A stretch of 64,000 nt of DNA. Source: Candidatus Pacebacteria bacterium UBA6180 (GTDB taxonomy: Bacteria; Patescibacteriota; Microgenomatia; UBA1400; PJMF01). The notes under the pieces were generated by a model that saw nothing but the letters and a program-made list of their open reading frames with translations, searched no databases and was not told the DNA's origin. The stretch lies in NCBI GenBank assembly GCA_002422165.1, contig DITQ01000002.1:13174-77173 (forward strand), read 5' to 3'. A program made the translations under genes and the position numbers. Shown here one piece after another: positions 47,825 to 57,181 of this stretch (position 1 is its first letter; each line of letters begins with the position of its first letter).

Positions 47825-49309
47825 ATGCTACAAAAAAGAGCGCCAATCATCACCATCATGGGTCACGTCGATCACGGCAAGACTTCGCTCTTGGATTTTA
47901 TCCGCAGCAGCAAGCTGGCTGCGCGTGAAGCTGGTGGTATCACTCAGCACATCGGGGCTTATCAGGTCGAGTTTGCTGCCCAAAAAATCACTTTCATCGA
48001 CACTCCTGGTCACGCTGCCTTCAACAAAATGCGTCAGCGTGGCGCCCAGATTACTGATCTGGTGATTTTAGTGGTGGCCGCCAATGACGGTGTTAAACCC
48101 CAGACCCTCGAATCGATTCGTTTCATCAAAGAGAGTCAAGTGCCTTTCATCGTGGCGATCAACAAAGTTGATTTGCCTGATCTTCACCTAGAAGTGGTTA
48201 AAGGTCAGCTGGCCGAAGCTGGCGTGCTACTGCAAGAATATGGCGGCGATGTCGAAGCGGTGGAAATTTCTGCCAAAACTGGTCTAGGTGTCGACAAGCT
48301 GCTCGAAACAATTGTCGTCATGGCTGACCTACTTGAGCTGCAGGCTGATCCAGCCGCTCCTCTCGAAGCAGTGGTGATTGAATCTAGCAAAGAAAAGAAT
48401 AAAGGTTCGGTGGCCCGCGTCATCGTGCGCTCTGGCACCCTGCAAGTGCGCCAAGAGCTCATTGTCGATGAGATTACTGGCCGCGTGCGCTTGCTGGAAA
48501 ATGAACTTGGTCAAGCGCTGACGCAAGTTTTGCCAGGTGAGCCAGCGCAAATCATCGGTCTGGACGAAGCCCCTGAAGTAGGCAGCGTCATTCGTGACAA
48601 GAATGCCAGCTACGAGGCTGATCTGACCGCCGAATTTAGTCGCACTGGTGAACTAGAAAAATCTTTCCGCCTAAGTGAGGAAATTAATTGGGAAAATGTC
48701 GATCTCGACGTCATGCTCGGGGATCGTGAGAAAATCAAGCTGATCGTCAAAGCTGACGTCAAGGGCACTCTCGAAGCGATTTTACAGAGTTTGGACCGCG
48801 ACAGCGTCGATGTCATCGCTTGTGGGGTCGGTCAAATCACCGAACAGGACATGGAATTGGCTCGCGATGGTAAAGTTTTATTGATCGCTTTTAACCTCAA
48901 AGTTAGCTCTACCCAGAAGAAACAAGCCAAAAACTTGGGGGTCAAAATCAAAGAATACAACATCATTTATCACTTGATTGAAGATTTGCAGCAGAGCATG
49001 CTCAAGCTGATGGATGCCACTTTTGACGAAGTGGTCACCGGCGAGGCGGAAATCCTGCAAATTTTCGACATGAAGGGCGAGACCATTGCTGGCGTGCGAG
49101 TGCGCACCGGCGAGCTGAAGAAAGCTGATCTTCTCCACCTCAAGCGCGGCGACGACATCATCGCCAACCCCGTTCTCAAATCCATGAAGCACGGCAAAGA
49201 AGACATCGACCGCATCGGCCCCAAAAACGAAGGCGGCCTGACTTTCAAGAACCGCAAGCTCGATTTCCAAGTTGGCGACGTGATTGTGGCGTATAAAAAG
49301 GAAAGTTAA
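47825..49309 (+). CDS. infB: Translation initiation factor IF-2, short form starting directly at the G domain (494 aa)
   Basis: RAPIITIMGHVDHGKTSLLD G1 motif at residues 5-24; DTPGH, NKVD; C-terminal beta-barrel domains. Confidence 0.9.
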   Translation: MLQKRAPIITIMGHVDHGKTSLLDFIRSSKLAAREAGGITQHIGAYQVEFAAQKITFIDTPGHAAFNKMRQRGAQITDLVILVVAANDGVKPQTLESIRFIKESQVPFIVAINKVDLPDLHLEVVKGQLAEAGVLLQEYGGDVEAVEISAKTGLGVDKLLETIVVMADLLELQADPAAPLEAVVIESSKEKNKGSVARVIVRSGTLQVRQELIVDEITGRVRLLENELGQALTQVLPGEPAQIIGLDEAPEVGSVIRDKNASYEADLTAEFSRTGELEKSFRLSEEINWENVDLDVMLGDREKIKLIVKADVKGTLEAILQSLDRDSVDVIACGVGQITEQDMELARDGKVLLIAFNLKVSSTQKKQAKNLGVKIKEYNIIYHLIEDLQQSMLKLMDATFDEVVTGEAEILQIFDMKGETIAGVRVRTGELKKADLLHLKRGDDIIANPVLKSMKHGKEDIDRIGPKNEGGLTFKNRKLDFQVGDVIVAYKKES

Positions 49310-49457
49310 GTTTTTAGTTCTTTGTTCGAGCCTCTGTTTTTAGTTTTTAGCTGAATTTTTTTTGGAGAAGCTTCTCCCCCCCACAAACATAACAAAGTAT
49401 CTCAAAAAGATTCATTTGCAATTCTGCTGTTTGACTCGACGGGGATATTGTTTTTAA

Positions 49458-52124
49458 ATGGAGATAGGTAGTTTAATTTGGAAAGAAATTATGTCAGAAA
49501 TTCAAGCTTCGCAAACACAGGTAGATGAAATAAAAACATCCATAAAAAATGCTTTACCGAATACGGGGGCATTAGGAATGAATGATCGTTTACAAGGATT
49601 GGTTGCTAGCAATGAGCGTGCTTTTGCTTTGGGTAGATTTAATAAATCAGAAAAAATTGGCGTGGTTGGAGACATGGAGGACTCCTTGAATTTCTGGGCT
49701 ACCGAGCTTGGTTTGACTCAAGACAGTAAAGAATTAAAAGCTTTTTCTAAATTTTTAAAACAAAAAGGAGCTAAAGAAGCATTTAAGTTAGTTACTGATC
49801 GCGAAATGACTGGTAAAAGCAAAGAAGATCAAGCTGAATTTATGTCTGCTGGTATGGAAAGTCTCAAAGAAATGGTGTCAACTCTGATGGAGATTAAAAG
49901 TGAGTCTAATAGTTCTCCTGAAATGGAACAAGAACTTGCTGAACTATGGCAAAACTTCTTAAATGGCAGTGAAGCTGATCGCAAGGCAATTCGTGGTTTC
50001 ATTAAAGAAGCTAGTAAGGCTAAGAGAGAAGCTTGGACCAATCTTAAAGAATTGCATAAGAGTCAGGAAGATTTGGATAAAGCTAATAAATTTAGATCTA
50101 GAGCTGATCGTGTTAAATCATCCAAAGATCCAGATAAGTATCGATTTACTTCTATGGCTGGAGGTCCAGTCCGCAAACTTTTATCTATTATGAGCCGTTT
50201 GCCTGGAGCAGTTCCAAGGAGATTTGTGGAGATGTTTAGCAGTTCAGATAAAAATGATGAGAATTACGAAATGAATTTGTCAGTTGAGTTGAGAGCAAAG
50301 ATTTTATCTTCCGGTGACACTGCGAGAGTTTTAAGTATGTGGAGAGATGGTGTTTTAAGCACTAATGAATTAGGAGATTTAAGAAAAAAAATGATTGCTG
50401 AAATGGCTACAGATAGTATGTCCAATCCTTTAACTCCAGAGGAAAAAACTGCTTTGGAAAATAACGAAGAACTAGGTAGATATCAAAAAGAGGGTGTTTT
50501 TATAAGTGTAAGTAGAGATGTGCAGGCAAAACACTTTCAAGAATATTTCCAGGAGAAGCAAGACGTCGCTTTGGAACAATACACCAAGGCTCAAGATAGA
50601 TATCTTGGCTTTAGTTTTGATAATGCTTCAAATTGGCAGAAAATTTTAGCTGCTGGCGCAGTGGAAATCGATCTTGTTTTACCAGAGTGGTTTAAAGAAC
50701 TTACCGTACCCATGGCTGATACTCTTGGAAAAGGAGTTTTAACTTTGGGAGAAGATATCGGTAAAGAAGTCGGATTTATTGTCGATAATATGGAAGGCAT
50801 GATTGCAGGAAGTGCTTTGGAAGATTTGAGTTCTACCACAGTAGCCAGAGAAATGGCGGTAGAAAATCTTCTTGCTTTACTTAATTCTGTAGATGGAGAG
50901 AATGATCCAAAAGAGGTTGCTAAAGCAGCTGAAATTTTACGTGGGGCTGAGGCTGCAATGGCCAGAACAGCCATGATGGTGGCGAGAGCTGTTGATACCG
51001 TGTCGATTACTGAAGGTAAAGGTTTGGCTTTATCAGCGGTTCTTTCTCCAATCGAATTAGCTGAAGCTGGTTTAGATGCTGCCACTGGCGGAATTATGTT
51101 CAGAGAAAACGCCTTAAAAATCCTTAAAGAGCTCAAAGATAGAACTAAGAAATTATTGGATGGAGATGGCGCACTTAAAGATGCTGCTGTTGGACTAGCT
51201 AGTGAGGGCAACATTAAAAAGAAAGAGTTAGCCGAAAAAGCGCACAAAACTGAAGCCAACTGGTTTGATGGTAAGGTTGTGGAGGTTGGTGTTCCAGAAC
51301 AGTATATGGATAGAGACACCATGAACGAACACATAAATAAAACCATTTTTTCTAGAATGGCTGAAAAATTAAGAAGTGCTATGGGTCCTGAAACTACTCT
51401 GGCTAAAAAGAGTCAAGTTTGGAGAACTCTAACAATAGGAAGCAAGAGGCAATCTGTTGAAGAAGTTTCTGAAGCAACTTCTACTAGACGTCAAGAAGCT
51501 ACAGTCGGTGTTGAGTATCTGAAAGAAAAATTGAAAGAAGTTGTTGCTGGAGCTGAGAGAGCTAATCTAGCTGCCCAGGAAGCTACATTAATTTCTCTAA
51601 GAGAAGCACAGAGAAAATTTACTGGTAGTGAGCTTAAACAAATTTCTGAAAGAGCAAAATTAGATAAGATGTGGAGAGATGTTTTTGCTCTTGGAGCAGG
51701 AGCAGCCGCTGTGGCTTTAGCTGCTACTGCCGCGGCTGGTTTAGATGCTGTGGCTGGCAATTGGGTAGATGTTGCCGGATCACATTTAAGTAAAGTATCA
51801 GAACAATTAAAAGTAATGAAAGAAGGCATGGTTGAGATTGCAAAAATTGCTAAAGAAGCTGGTTTGCCATCAGCAGAAGCTGGTGGTAATTGGGATGTTT
51901 GGTTGAAGCAAGTATTTGGAGTTGAGCTTGGAACACTCAATTTAAATGCGGCAGAAGCAGCTAGAGATTATGCTCCTGGTGTCAAAACAGTTTTAGTAGG
52001 AGTCTTAAAAGCTGTTCCAATTTTGGCGGCATTGAGAAGTTCATGGAACTTAATTCCTGGTAAAGCTAGAGCATTCACTGACTTTATGGGTGCTAGCAAA
52101 GTTGAAGGTGTTAACGTAGTATAA
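49458..52124 (+). CDS. Large (888 aa) predicted all-alpha-helical hypothetical protein with two Ala/Gly-rich hydrophobic segments near the C-terminus; AT-rich gene
   Basis: K/E-rich helical sequence without recognisable catalytic motifs; hydrophobic hairpin-like segments VFALGAGAAAVALAATAAAGLDAVAG and VKTVLVGVLKAVPILAAL; about 36% GC versus about 52% in infB. Start could also be the ATG at 49491. Confidence 0.5.
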   Translation: MEIGSLIWKEIMSEIQASQTQVDEIKTSIKNALPNTGALGMNDRLQGLVASNERAFALGRFNKSEKIGVVGDMEDSLNFWATELGLTQDSKELKAFSKFLKQKGAKEAFKLVTDREMTGKSKEDQAEFMSAGMESLKEMVSTLMEIKSESNSSPEMEQELAELWQNFLNGSEADRKAIRGFIKEASKAKREAWTNLKELHKSQEDLDKANKFRSRADRVKSSKDPDKYRFTSMAGGPVRKLLSIMSRLPGAVPRRFVEMFSSSDKNDENYEMNLSVELRAKILSSGDTARVLSMWRDGVLSTNELGDLRKKMIAEMATDSMSNPLTPEEKTALENNEELGRYQKEGVFISVSRDVQAKHFQEYFQEKQDVALEQYTKAQDRYLGFSFDNASNWQKILAAGAVEIDLVLPEWFKELTVPMADTLGKGVLTLGEDIGKEVGFIVDNMEGMIAGSALEDLSSTTVAREMAVENLLALLNSVDGENDPKEVAKAAEILRGAEAAMARTAMMVARAVDTVSITEGKGLALSAVLSPIELAEAGLDAATGGIMFRENALKILKELKDRTKKLLDGDGALKDAAVGLASEGNIKKKELAEKAHKTEANWFDGKVVEVGVPEQYMDRDTMNEHINKTIFSRMAEKLRSAMGPETTLAKKSQVWRTLTIGSKRQSVEEVSEATSTRRQEATVGVEYLKEKLKEVVAGAERANLAAQEATLISLREAQRKFTGSELKQISERAKLDKMWRDVFALGAGAAAVALAATAAAGLDAVAGNWVDVAGSHLSKVSEQLKVMKEGMVEIAKIAKEAGLPSAEAGGNWDVWLKQVFGVELGTLNLNAAEAARDYAPGVKTVLVGVLKAVPILAALRSSWNLIPGKARAFTDFMGASKVEGVNVV

Positions 52125-52142
52125 AAATATTTAGGAAAAATT

Positions 52143-52535
52143 ATGAATAATCAAGATTCCAGCTCTTTTTTGTCTTTGCTACATGAAGTACTTAGGCACT
52201 CTTCCGCTCCAGAGGAAAAATTAAATCACTTTTTTACTTTGTTAGATCAGGGAGATTATTCTGCTATTTCTCAGGAGGAGGCTGCGGAGATGACTGAATA
52301 TTTAGAAGAAGCAGGCAGTAAACTTGATCAAATGGTTTTGGAAAGTAGAGATATAGAAAAAATTAATAATCTAACTGATTTAAAAGAATTTACTAATAAT
52401 TTACTAAATGAGTCTGAAAGAGGAGCATTGGAATTTGTTTTGAATAGTGCTAGTTCCAACACTCGATCTTCATCAGCTAGAGATGGCAAGTGGCTTTTGG
52501 ACAAACTTGCTGGCCTTATAGAAGACGAGGAATAG
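52143..52535 (+). CDS. Small (130 aa) highly acidic hypothetical protein, AT-rich gene
   Basis: AGGAAAA RBS; D/E-rich (predicted pI about 4); no motifs; 18 nt downstream of the 888-aa gene. Confidence 0.45.
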   Translation: MNNQDSSSFLSLLHEVLRHSSAPEEKLNHFFTLLDQGDYSAISQEEAAEMTEYLEEAGSKLDQMVLESRDIEKINNLTDLKEFTNNLLNESERGALEFVLNSASSNTRSSSARDGKWLLDKLAGLIEDEE

Positions 52536-52643
52536 CTCCTCTGGCTTTTTTCTATTATAGGTTCTATAATACCCACCTATATCAATTAATGCTTACTTTA
52601 CTCATCCGGTAGAAGCACTGGGGAGTCAAAGGCGAAAGGAATT

Positions 52644-52913
52644 ATGGCATTAGCAAAACAAAGTAAGGCTTCAATCATCAAGGATTTCGCGCTTTTTGAA
52701 GGCGACACTGGATCTCCAGAGGTACAGGTTGCTCTTTTGACTGCGTCGATCGAGCAGTTGACTGAACATCTCAAGCTCCACAAGAAAGACAACCACTCGC
52801 GCAAAGGCTTGCTCAAGCAAGTTTCCAAGCGCCGTCGTTTGCTCAATTTCTTGCTCAGCCGTAGCGAAGACCGCTACCGCAAGTTGATTGAGAAGTTGGG
52901 GTTGAGCAAATAA
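52644..52913 (+). CDS. rpsO: 30S ribosomal protein S15
   Basis: Canonical S15 sequence (..[23 protein letters not shown]..). Confidence 0.9.
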   Translation: MALAKQSKASIIKDFALFEGDTGSPEVQVALLTASIEQLTEHLKLHKKDNHSRKGLLKQVSKRRRLLNFLLSRSEDRYRKLIEKLGLSK

Positions 52914-52937
52914 GCTTTGCAAAATCAAAGAAATTGA

Positions 52938-52967
52938 AAAGGCAGGTTTTAGAACCTGCCTTTTTTT
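52938..52967 (+). terminator. Rho-independent terminator after rpsO
   Basis: GGCAGGTT-TTAG-AACCTGCC followed by TTTTTTT. Confidence 0.6.
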
Positions 52968-53180
52968 GTGCTATAATATCCCCATATCAATTAAGAAACT
53001 CCAAGGAGGAGATCCTAGAGGATTCCAAAAAGACGAGAAATTTGCCGCAGTCTGGCCAAAAAAGCGCCAAGCAAGCAGAGCAAACCGCTTCTCTTCTTTT
53101 CAGAATACTCGGCTCTCCACTTAAGTTTCAGCAATCGCCCCGCGCTTCAAAAGTAGCAGCAGGGCAAAGAAAGTACAAAT

Positions 53181-55517
53181 ATGTCTTATCCCAAGTATGG
53201 AAATACTTATAAGAAAGATCTCGTCGTGGGCGATAAAGTCATCCAGATCGAGGTTGGCAAATTTAGTGAGCAGGTTTCCGCTGCAGTCCTCGCCACTTGT
53301 GGCGAAACAGTGGTTCATACCACCGTCGCTCTCGGCCGCAAAGTCAACCTCGGCTACTTCCCCCTCTCGGTGGAATTTGCTGAAAAACTCTATGCCGGTG
53401 GCATTATCAAAGGTTCACGCTGGGTCAAGCGCGATGGTCGTCCGACTGATAACTCCATCCTGCGTGGTCGCGTGATCGATCGCACCATGCGCCCGCTGTT
53501 TCCTGACGGCATCACCAATGAAGTCCAGATCATCAGCACTGTTTTCTCCTACGATGGTGAAAATGAGCCTGATATGATCGCCCTGGTCAGCGCCGCTCTG
53601 GCCTTGCAAATTTCTGACATTCCTTTTGACGGTCCAGTCGCTGGCATGCGCCTGGGTCTTGACGAAAAAGGTGAGTTTTTGATCAATCCTACCCGCAGTC
53701 AAATCGAGAGCAACGATCTCGACCTGATCGTGTCGGCTTCCAAAAATTCGATCGTCATGGTCGAAGCTGGCGCCAAAGAAGTCGCCGAAGAGGTAATGAT
53801 CGAGGCTCTGCTCCGCGCTCAAGCAGAAGGCGCCAAGGTCTGTGAGCAGATCGAAAAAATTGCCGCTGAAATCGGCAAAGCCAAGGTTGAATTAGTCGAT
53901 GCCGTTGACCCAGAAGTCGCTGCCAAGAAGCAAGTTCTAGTTGCACGTCTCGCCAGTACTTACCAAAAAGAAATCAGCGATATGGTCAATAAGCAAGGCC
54001 GTCTCGAGCCTTTCGGCTTGGACGAGTTGATTGCCAAGATTTTAGAGGAAGATAAAGCCAAACTCGCTGAAGGCGAGGAAAGCGAACTCAGCGAAGGCAT
54101 GCTCCACAGCATTTTCCACGACTTGATGAAAGACGAAGCTCGCCGCATGATCATCGAAGACGAAGTTCGTCCTGATGGTCGCAAGACTACCGAAATCAGA
54201 CCGATTTGGTGCGAAGTTGACTTGCTGCCTCGCGTCCATGGTTCGGCCATGTTCAAGCGCGGAGCCACTCAAGCTCTAACAGTGGTGACTCTAGGTGACC
54301 CATCTCTTGGTCAGCTAATCGAAGACATGGCGGGTGAGAAAACCCACCACTACTTCCATCACTACAACATGCCGCCTTACGCTTCTGGTGAAGCTGGTCG
54401 CTTCGGTTTCCCCAAGCGCCGCGAAATCGGTCACGGGGCGCTCGCTCAGCGCGCTATCGAGCCGATGTTGCCTAGCCAAGAAGAGTTTCCTTACACTATC
54501 CACGCGGTGAGCGAAATCATGAGCTCCAATGGCTCGACTTCCCAGGCTTCGGTTTGTGGTTCGACCATGGCCTTGATGGCTGCCGGTGTCCCACTCAAGA
54601 AGCCAGTGGCTGGTATCGCCATGGGCCTGATGTCGGATGGTGAGAAATTTGTCATCCTTTCAGATATCCAGGGCTTGGAAGATCACGTCGGTGACATGGA
54701 CTTCAAAGTCGCGGGTACTAAAGAAGGCATTACCGCTATCCAGATGGACATCAAGCTCAAAGGCATTCCCAAGGAAGTCTTAGTTAAGGCTCTTGGTCAG
54801 GCTCGCGAAGGCCGTTTACACATCATGGCAGAAATGATGAAGTGCATCAGCGAACCTCGTACTTCCCTGAGTCCTTATGCGCCAAAGGTTGCTCAGATGA
54901 CTATTCCTGCTGAGAAAATCGGCGGCGTCATCGGCTCTGGTGGCAGCGTGATCAAGGACATCATCGAGAAGTCAGGTGCTGAAGTCAACGTCGACGAAGA
55001 CAAAGAGAAAAAGATCGGCATCATCAACGTTTCTTCGCCAGACCAAGCCGCGATCGATAAGGCTATGCAGATGATCGAAAACATCGTCCGCGAAGTCGAG
55101 ATCGACGATGAGTTTGACGGCATCGTCACTCGCGTCGAAGGCTACGGCATGTTTGTCGAATTCCTACCAGGCCGCGAAGGTTTGGTCCACGTCTCCAACA
55201 TGTCCAGCGACTACGTCAAGGACGCCAATGACCTCTACAAGGTCGGCGACAGCGTTCACGTCCGCGTCAAAGAATACAATCCAGAAGGCAAAATTGCCCT
55301 AACCATGCTTAGTAGTGAGCAAGAGGCTGAGCAAAAAGCCGCCCGAGCTTCTCGCGGCGAAAGCGACGATAATGGTCGTGGTGGCCGCGGCGGTGATCGC
55401 GGTGGCTACGGCGGCGGCAGACCTTCCTACGGTGGCCGCGGAGGCAGTCGTGGTGGAGACCGCAATGAGCGACGCCCCTTTGGTGGACGCGGTAATGGTG
55501 GAGGAAGAAGGTTTTAA
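53181..55517 (+). CDS. pnp: Polynucleotide phosphorylase with about 60-aa Arg/Gly-rich (RGG/GGR/YGG) C-terminal tail
   Basis: Two RNase PH domains, KH and S1 domains; tail RGESDDNGRGGRGGDRGGYGGGRPSYGGRGGSRGGDRNERRPFGGRGNGGGRRF. Confidence 0.95.
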   Translation: MSYPKYGNTYKKDLVVGDKVIQIEVGKFSEQVSAAVLATCGETVVHTTVALGRKVNLGYFPLSVEFAEKLYAGGIIKGSRWVKRDGRPTDNSILRGRVIDRTMRPLFPDGITNEVQIISTVFSYDGENEPDMIALVSAALALQISDIPFDGPVAGMRLGLDEKGEFLINPTRSQIESNDLDLIVSASKNSIVMVEAGAKEVAEEVMIEALLRAQAEGAKVCEQIEKIAAEIGKAKVELVDAVDPEVAAKKQVLVARLASTYQKEISDMVNKQGRLEPFGLDELIAKILEEDKAKLAEGEESELSEGMLHSIFHDLMKDEARRMIIEDEVRPDGRKTTEIRPIWCEVDLLPRVHGSAMFKRGATQALTVVTLGDPSLGQLIEDMAGEKTHHYFHHYNMPPYASGEAGRFGFPKRREIGHGALAQRAIEPMLPSQEEFPYTIHAVSEIMSSNGSTSQASVCGSTMALMAAGVPLKKPVAGIAMGLMSDGEKFVILSDIQGLEDHVGDMDFKVAGTKEGITAIQMDIKLKGIPKEVLVKALGQAREGRLHIMAEMMKCISEPRTSLSPYAPKVAQMTIPAEKIGGVIGSGGSVIKDIIEKSGAEVNVDEDKEKKIGIINVSSPDQAAIDKAMQMIENIVREVEIDDEFDGIVTRVEGYGMFVEFLPGREGLVHVSNMSSDYVKDANDLYKVGDSVHVRVKEYNPEGKIALTMLSSEQEAEQKAARASRGESDDNGRGGRGGDRGGYGGGRPSYGGRGGSRGGDRNERRPFGGRGNGGGRRF

Positions 55518-55546
55518 TCCACCAAGTAATCATTAGAAGTTAAGAA

Positions 55547-55573
55547 CTCCAGCTGAAAGGCTGGAGTTTTTTG
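55547..55573 (+). terminator. Rho-independent terminator after pnp
   Basis: CTCCAGC-TGAAAG-GCTGGAG followed by TTTTTT. Confidence 0.7.
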
Positions 55574-55602
55574 TATAAATTCGATTATACTTAAAAGATA
55601 AT

Positions 55603-56424
55603 ATGCGCACTGCCCACCTGCACAACGAAGCTGGTTTGTTTGCCATTCTCGAGCTAGATCGCAATCGCGAGCTGGCGGAGAGCGTGGGTCTAGACTTGTC
55701 GCTGCCAGATAACCTGGCTATTCTCGACGCCATCAATCGCCAGCTCTTGACTCTCAGTCAAGAAGTGACGGGGGTGATTTTTGATCCGATTTACACACAT
55801 CAGCTGTTGGCTGACAAAGCCGCTACGGCTGGGGCGCTACTGCGCCTCGAGCAGGACAAGCTGCTAGCACCAGAAGAATTGCCAGCGCTTTTTCCCAACT
55901 TCAGCCTGGAGGAAATCGCCAACAACTACGCCCTTGCCAAACTCGAACTGCATTATCAGCTCGGTGAAGCCAAAGCGATCGAGAAGCGCCAGCTTTTGGC
56001 GGAAATTAGGGAGTACTCCAAGGTGTTGGGGATTGATTTTCTGCTCTCACTGCGTACGGCCGCGGCTGAGAATGATCAACTGCTTGCCATCCAAGAATTG
56101 CGTGGTCTCGCTGACCTTCTAGTCATCCAAAATCCCGCCGACCCTTTGGCGATGGCGACTATTGTCAGCGAGCTGGACATCCCTTGTTTGGTGACCAATG
56201 ATGCGGCCGACAGCTACGAGCAATTTAAGGAAAAATTTCGCATGGCTATGGAAAATGGCGCCCGCGGCTATTGTCTAGGCGCGGTGCTCTGGCGCGAACT
56301 GGGTGATTTTCGCGGTGAGGATCAAAGCCTTGACTTGGCAGGCATCTGCAAGTATTTGGCGACTACCGTTCGGGATCGGATTTTGGAGCTTAACCGCATC
56401 GCCGCCGAGAGTTTGCAGATTTAG
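55603..56424 (+). CDS. Hypothetical protein, possibly class I aldolase of the LacD/tagatose-bisphosphate-aldolase-like (DeoC/LacD) family
   Basis: N-terminal GLFAILELDRNRELAESVG resembles the LacD-family (..ALAFDQRG.L..) opening strand; otherwise weak. Confidence 0.3.
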   Translation: MRTAHLHNEAGLFAILELDRNRELAESVGLDLSLPDNLAILDAINRQLLTLSQEVTGVIFDPIYTHQLLADKAATAGALLRLEQDKLLAPEELPALFPNFSLEEIANNYALAKLELHYQLGEAKAIEKRQLLAEIREYSKVLGIDFLLSLRTAAAENDQLLAIQELRGLADLLVIQNPADPLAMATIVSELDIPCLVTNDAADSYEQFKEKFRMAMENGARGYCLGAVLWRELGDFRGEDQSLDLAGICKYLATTVRDRILELNRIAAESLQI

Positions 56425-56502
56425 TGTCCCTTTAGCTTGCTTTTTGCCAACTTTTCATATAGATTGGGATCTATATTATTGTTTTAGTTTGAAAGGATCC
56501 AT

Positions 56503-57129
56503 ATGTACACTTTGCCAAATTTGCCCTACGCCTACGAAGCCCTCGAGCCGCACATTGATGCTGAAACGATGAAGATTCATCACGACAAGCACCATCAAGC
56601 TTATCTCGACAAGCTCAACGCAGCTCTGGAGAGCCAAGTAGAGTTGGCCAGTTTACCAGTTGAGGATTTGCTGTGGCAATTCGAGGAGCATCAAGCGAAA
56701 TTGCCAGCTGAGGTTGCGACAGCACTGCGCAATCATGGTGGTGGCTACGCTAACCACAACCTCTTCTGGGAAATTATGTCGCCAGAGGGTCCGCGCCAAG
56801 CGGTCGGCGAGCTAACCAAGGCTTTAGATGCCACTTTTGGCTCTTTTGCTGATTTTCAGGCCAAATTTGTCGATGTTGCCACCAAGCACTTCGGTTCTGG
56901 CTGGGCTTGGCTAGCAATCGATCAAACCGGCAAACTAGCAGTTTATTCCACCTCCAACCAAGATTCTCCCCTGATGCAGCAGCACCGACCTTTACTTGGT
57001 GTCGATGTCTGGGAGCACGCCTATTACCTCAAGTACCAAAACCGTCGCCCTGACTATTTGGCCGCCATTTGGCAGGTCTTGGATTGGCAGAAGATTGAGG
57101 AGCGGTATTTGCAGGCAGTTGGCAAATAA
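56503..57129 (+). CDS. Fe/Mn-family superoxide dismutase
   Basis: [32 protein letters not shown] and C-terminal DVWEHAYY motif. Confidence 0.9.
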   Translation: MYTLPNLPYAYEALEPHIDAETMKIHHDKHHQAYLDKLNAALESQVELASLPVEDLLWQFEEHQAKLPAEVATALRNHGGGYANHNLFWEIMSPEGPRQAVGELTKALDATFGSFADFQAKFVDVATKHFGSGWAWLAIDQTGKLAVYSTSNQDSPLMQQHRPLLGVDVWEHAYYLKYQNRRPDYLAAIWQVLDWQKIEERYLQAVGK

Positions 57130-57181
57130 TTTTGAGGTTAGACTTTACCAATAAATTAGTCTAGTATTTTCTTCTGTAATC

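Noticed and set aside
49364-49377. Palindrome GGAGAAGCTTCTCC after infB as a terminator
   Set aside because: The U-tract precedes rather than follows the hairpin on the plus strand, and a C-tract follows. It fits neither strand as an intrinsic terminator and may just be a HindIII-containing palindrome.
49428-49445. TTGACTCGACGGGGA upstream of the 888-aa gene as a fifth copy of the conserved intergenic element
   Set aside because: Only the CGACGG core of the 5' motif is present. The central and 3' blocks are absent.
50591-51940. Minus-strand ORFs of 251 and 149 aa inside the 888-aa gene
   Set aside because: Ala/Ser/Pro-rich translations antisense to a longer ORF with coherent helical sequence and an RBS-containing downstream partner. 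They are likely shadows of the GCx-rich sense strand.
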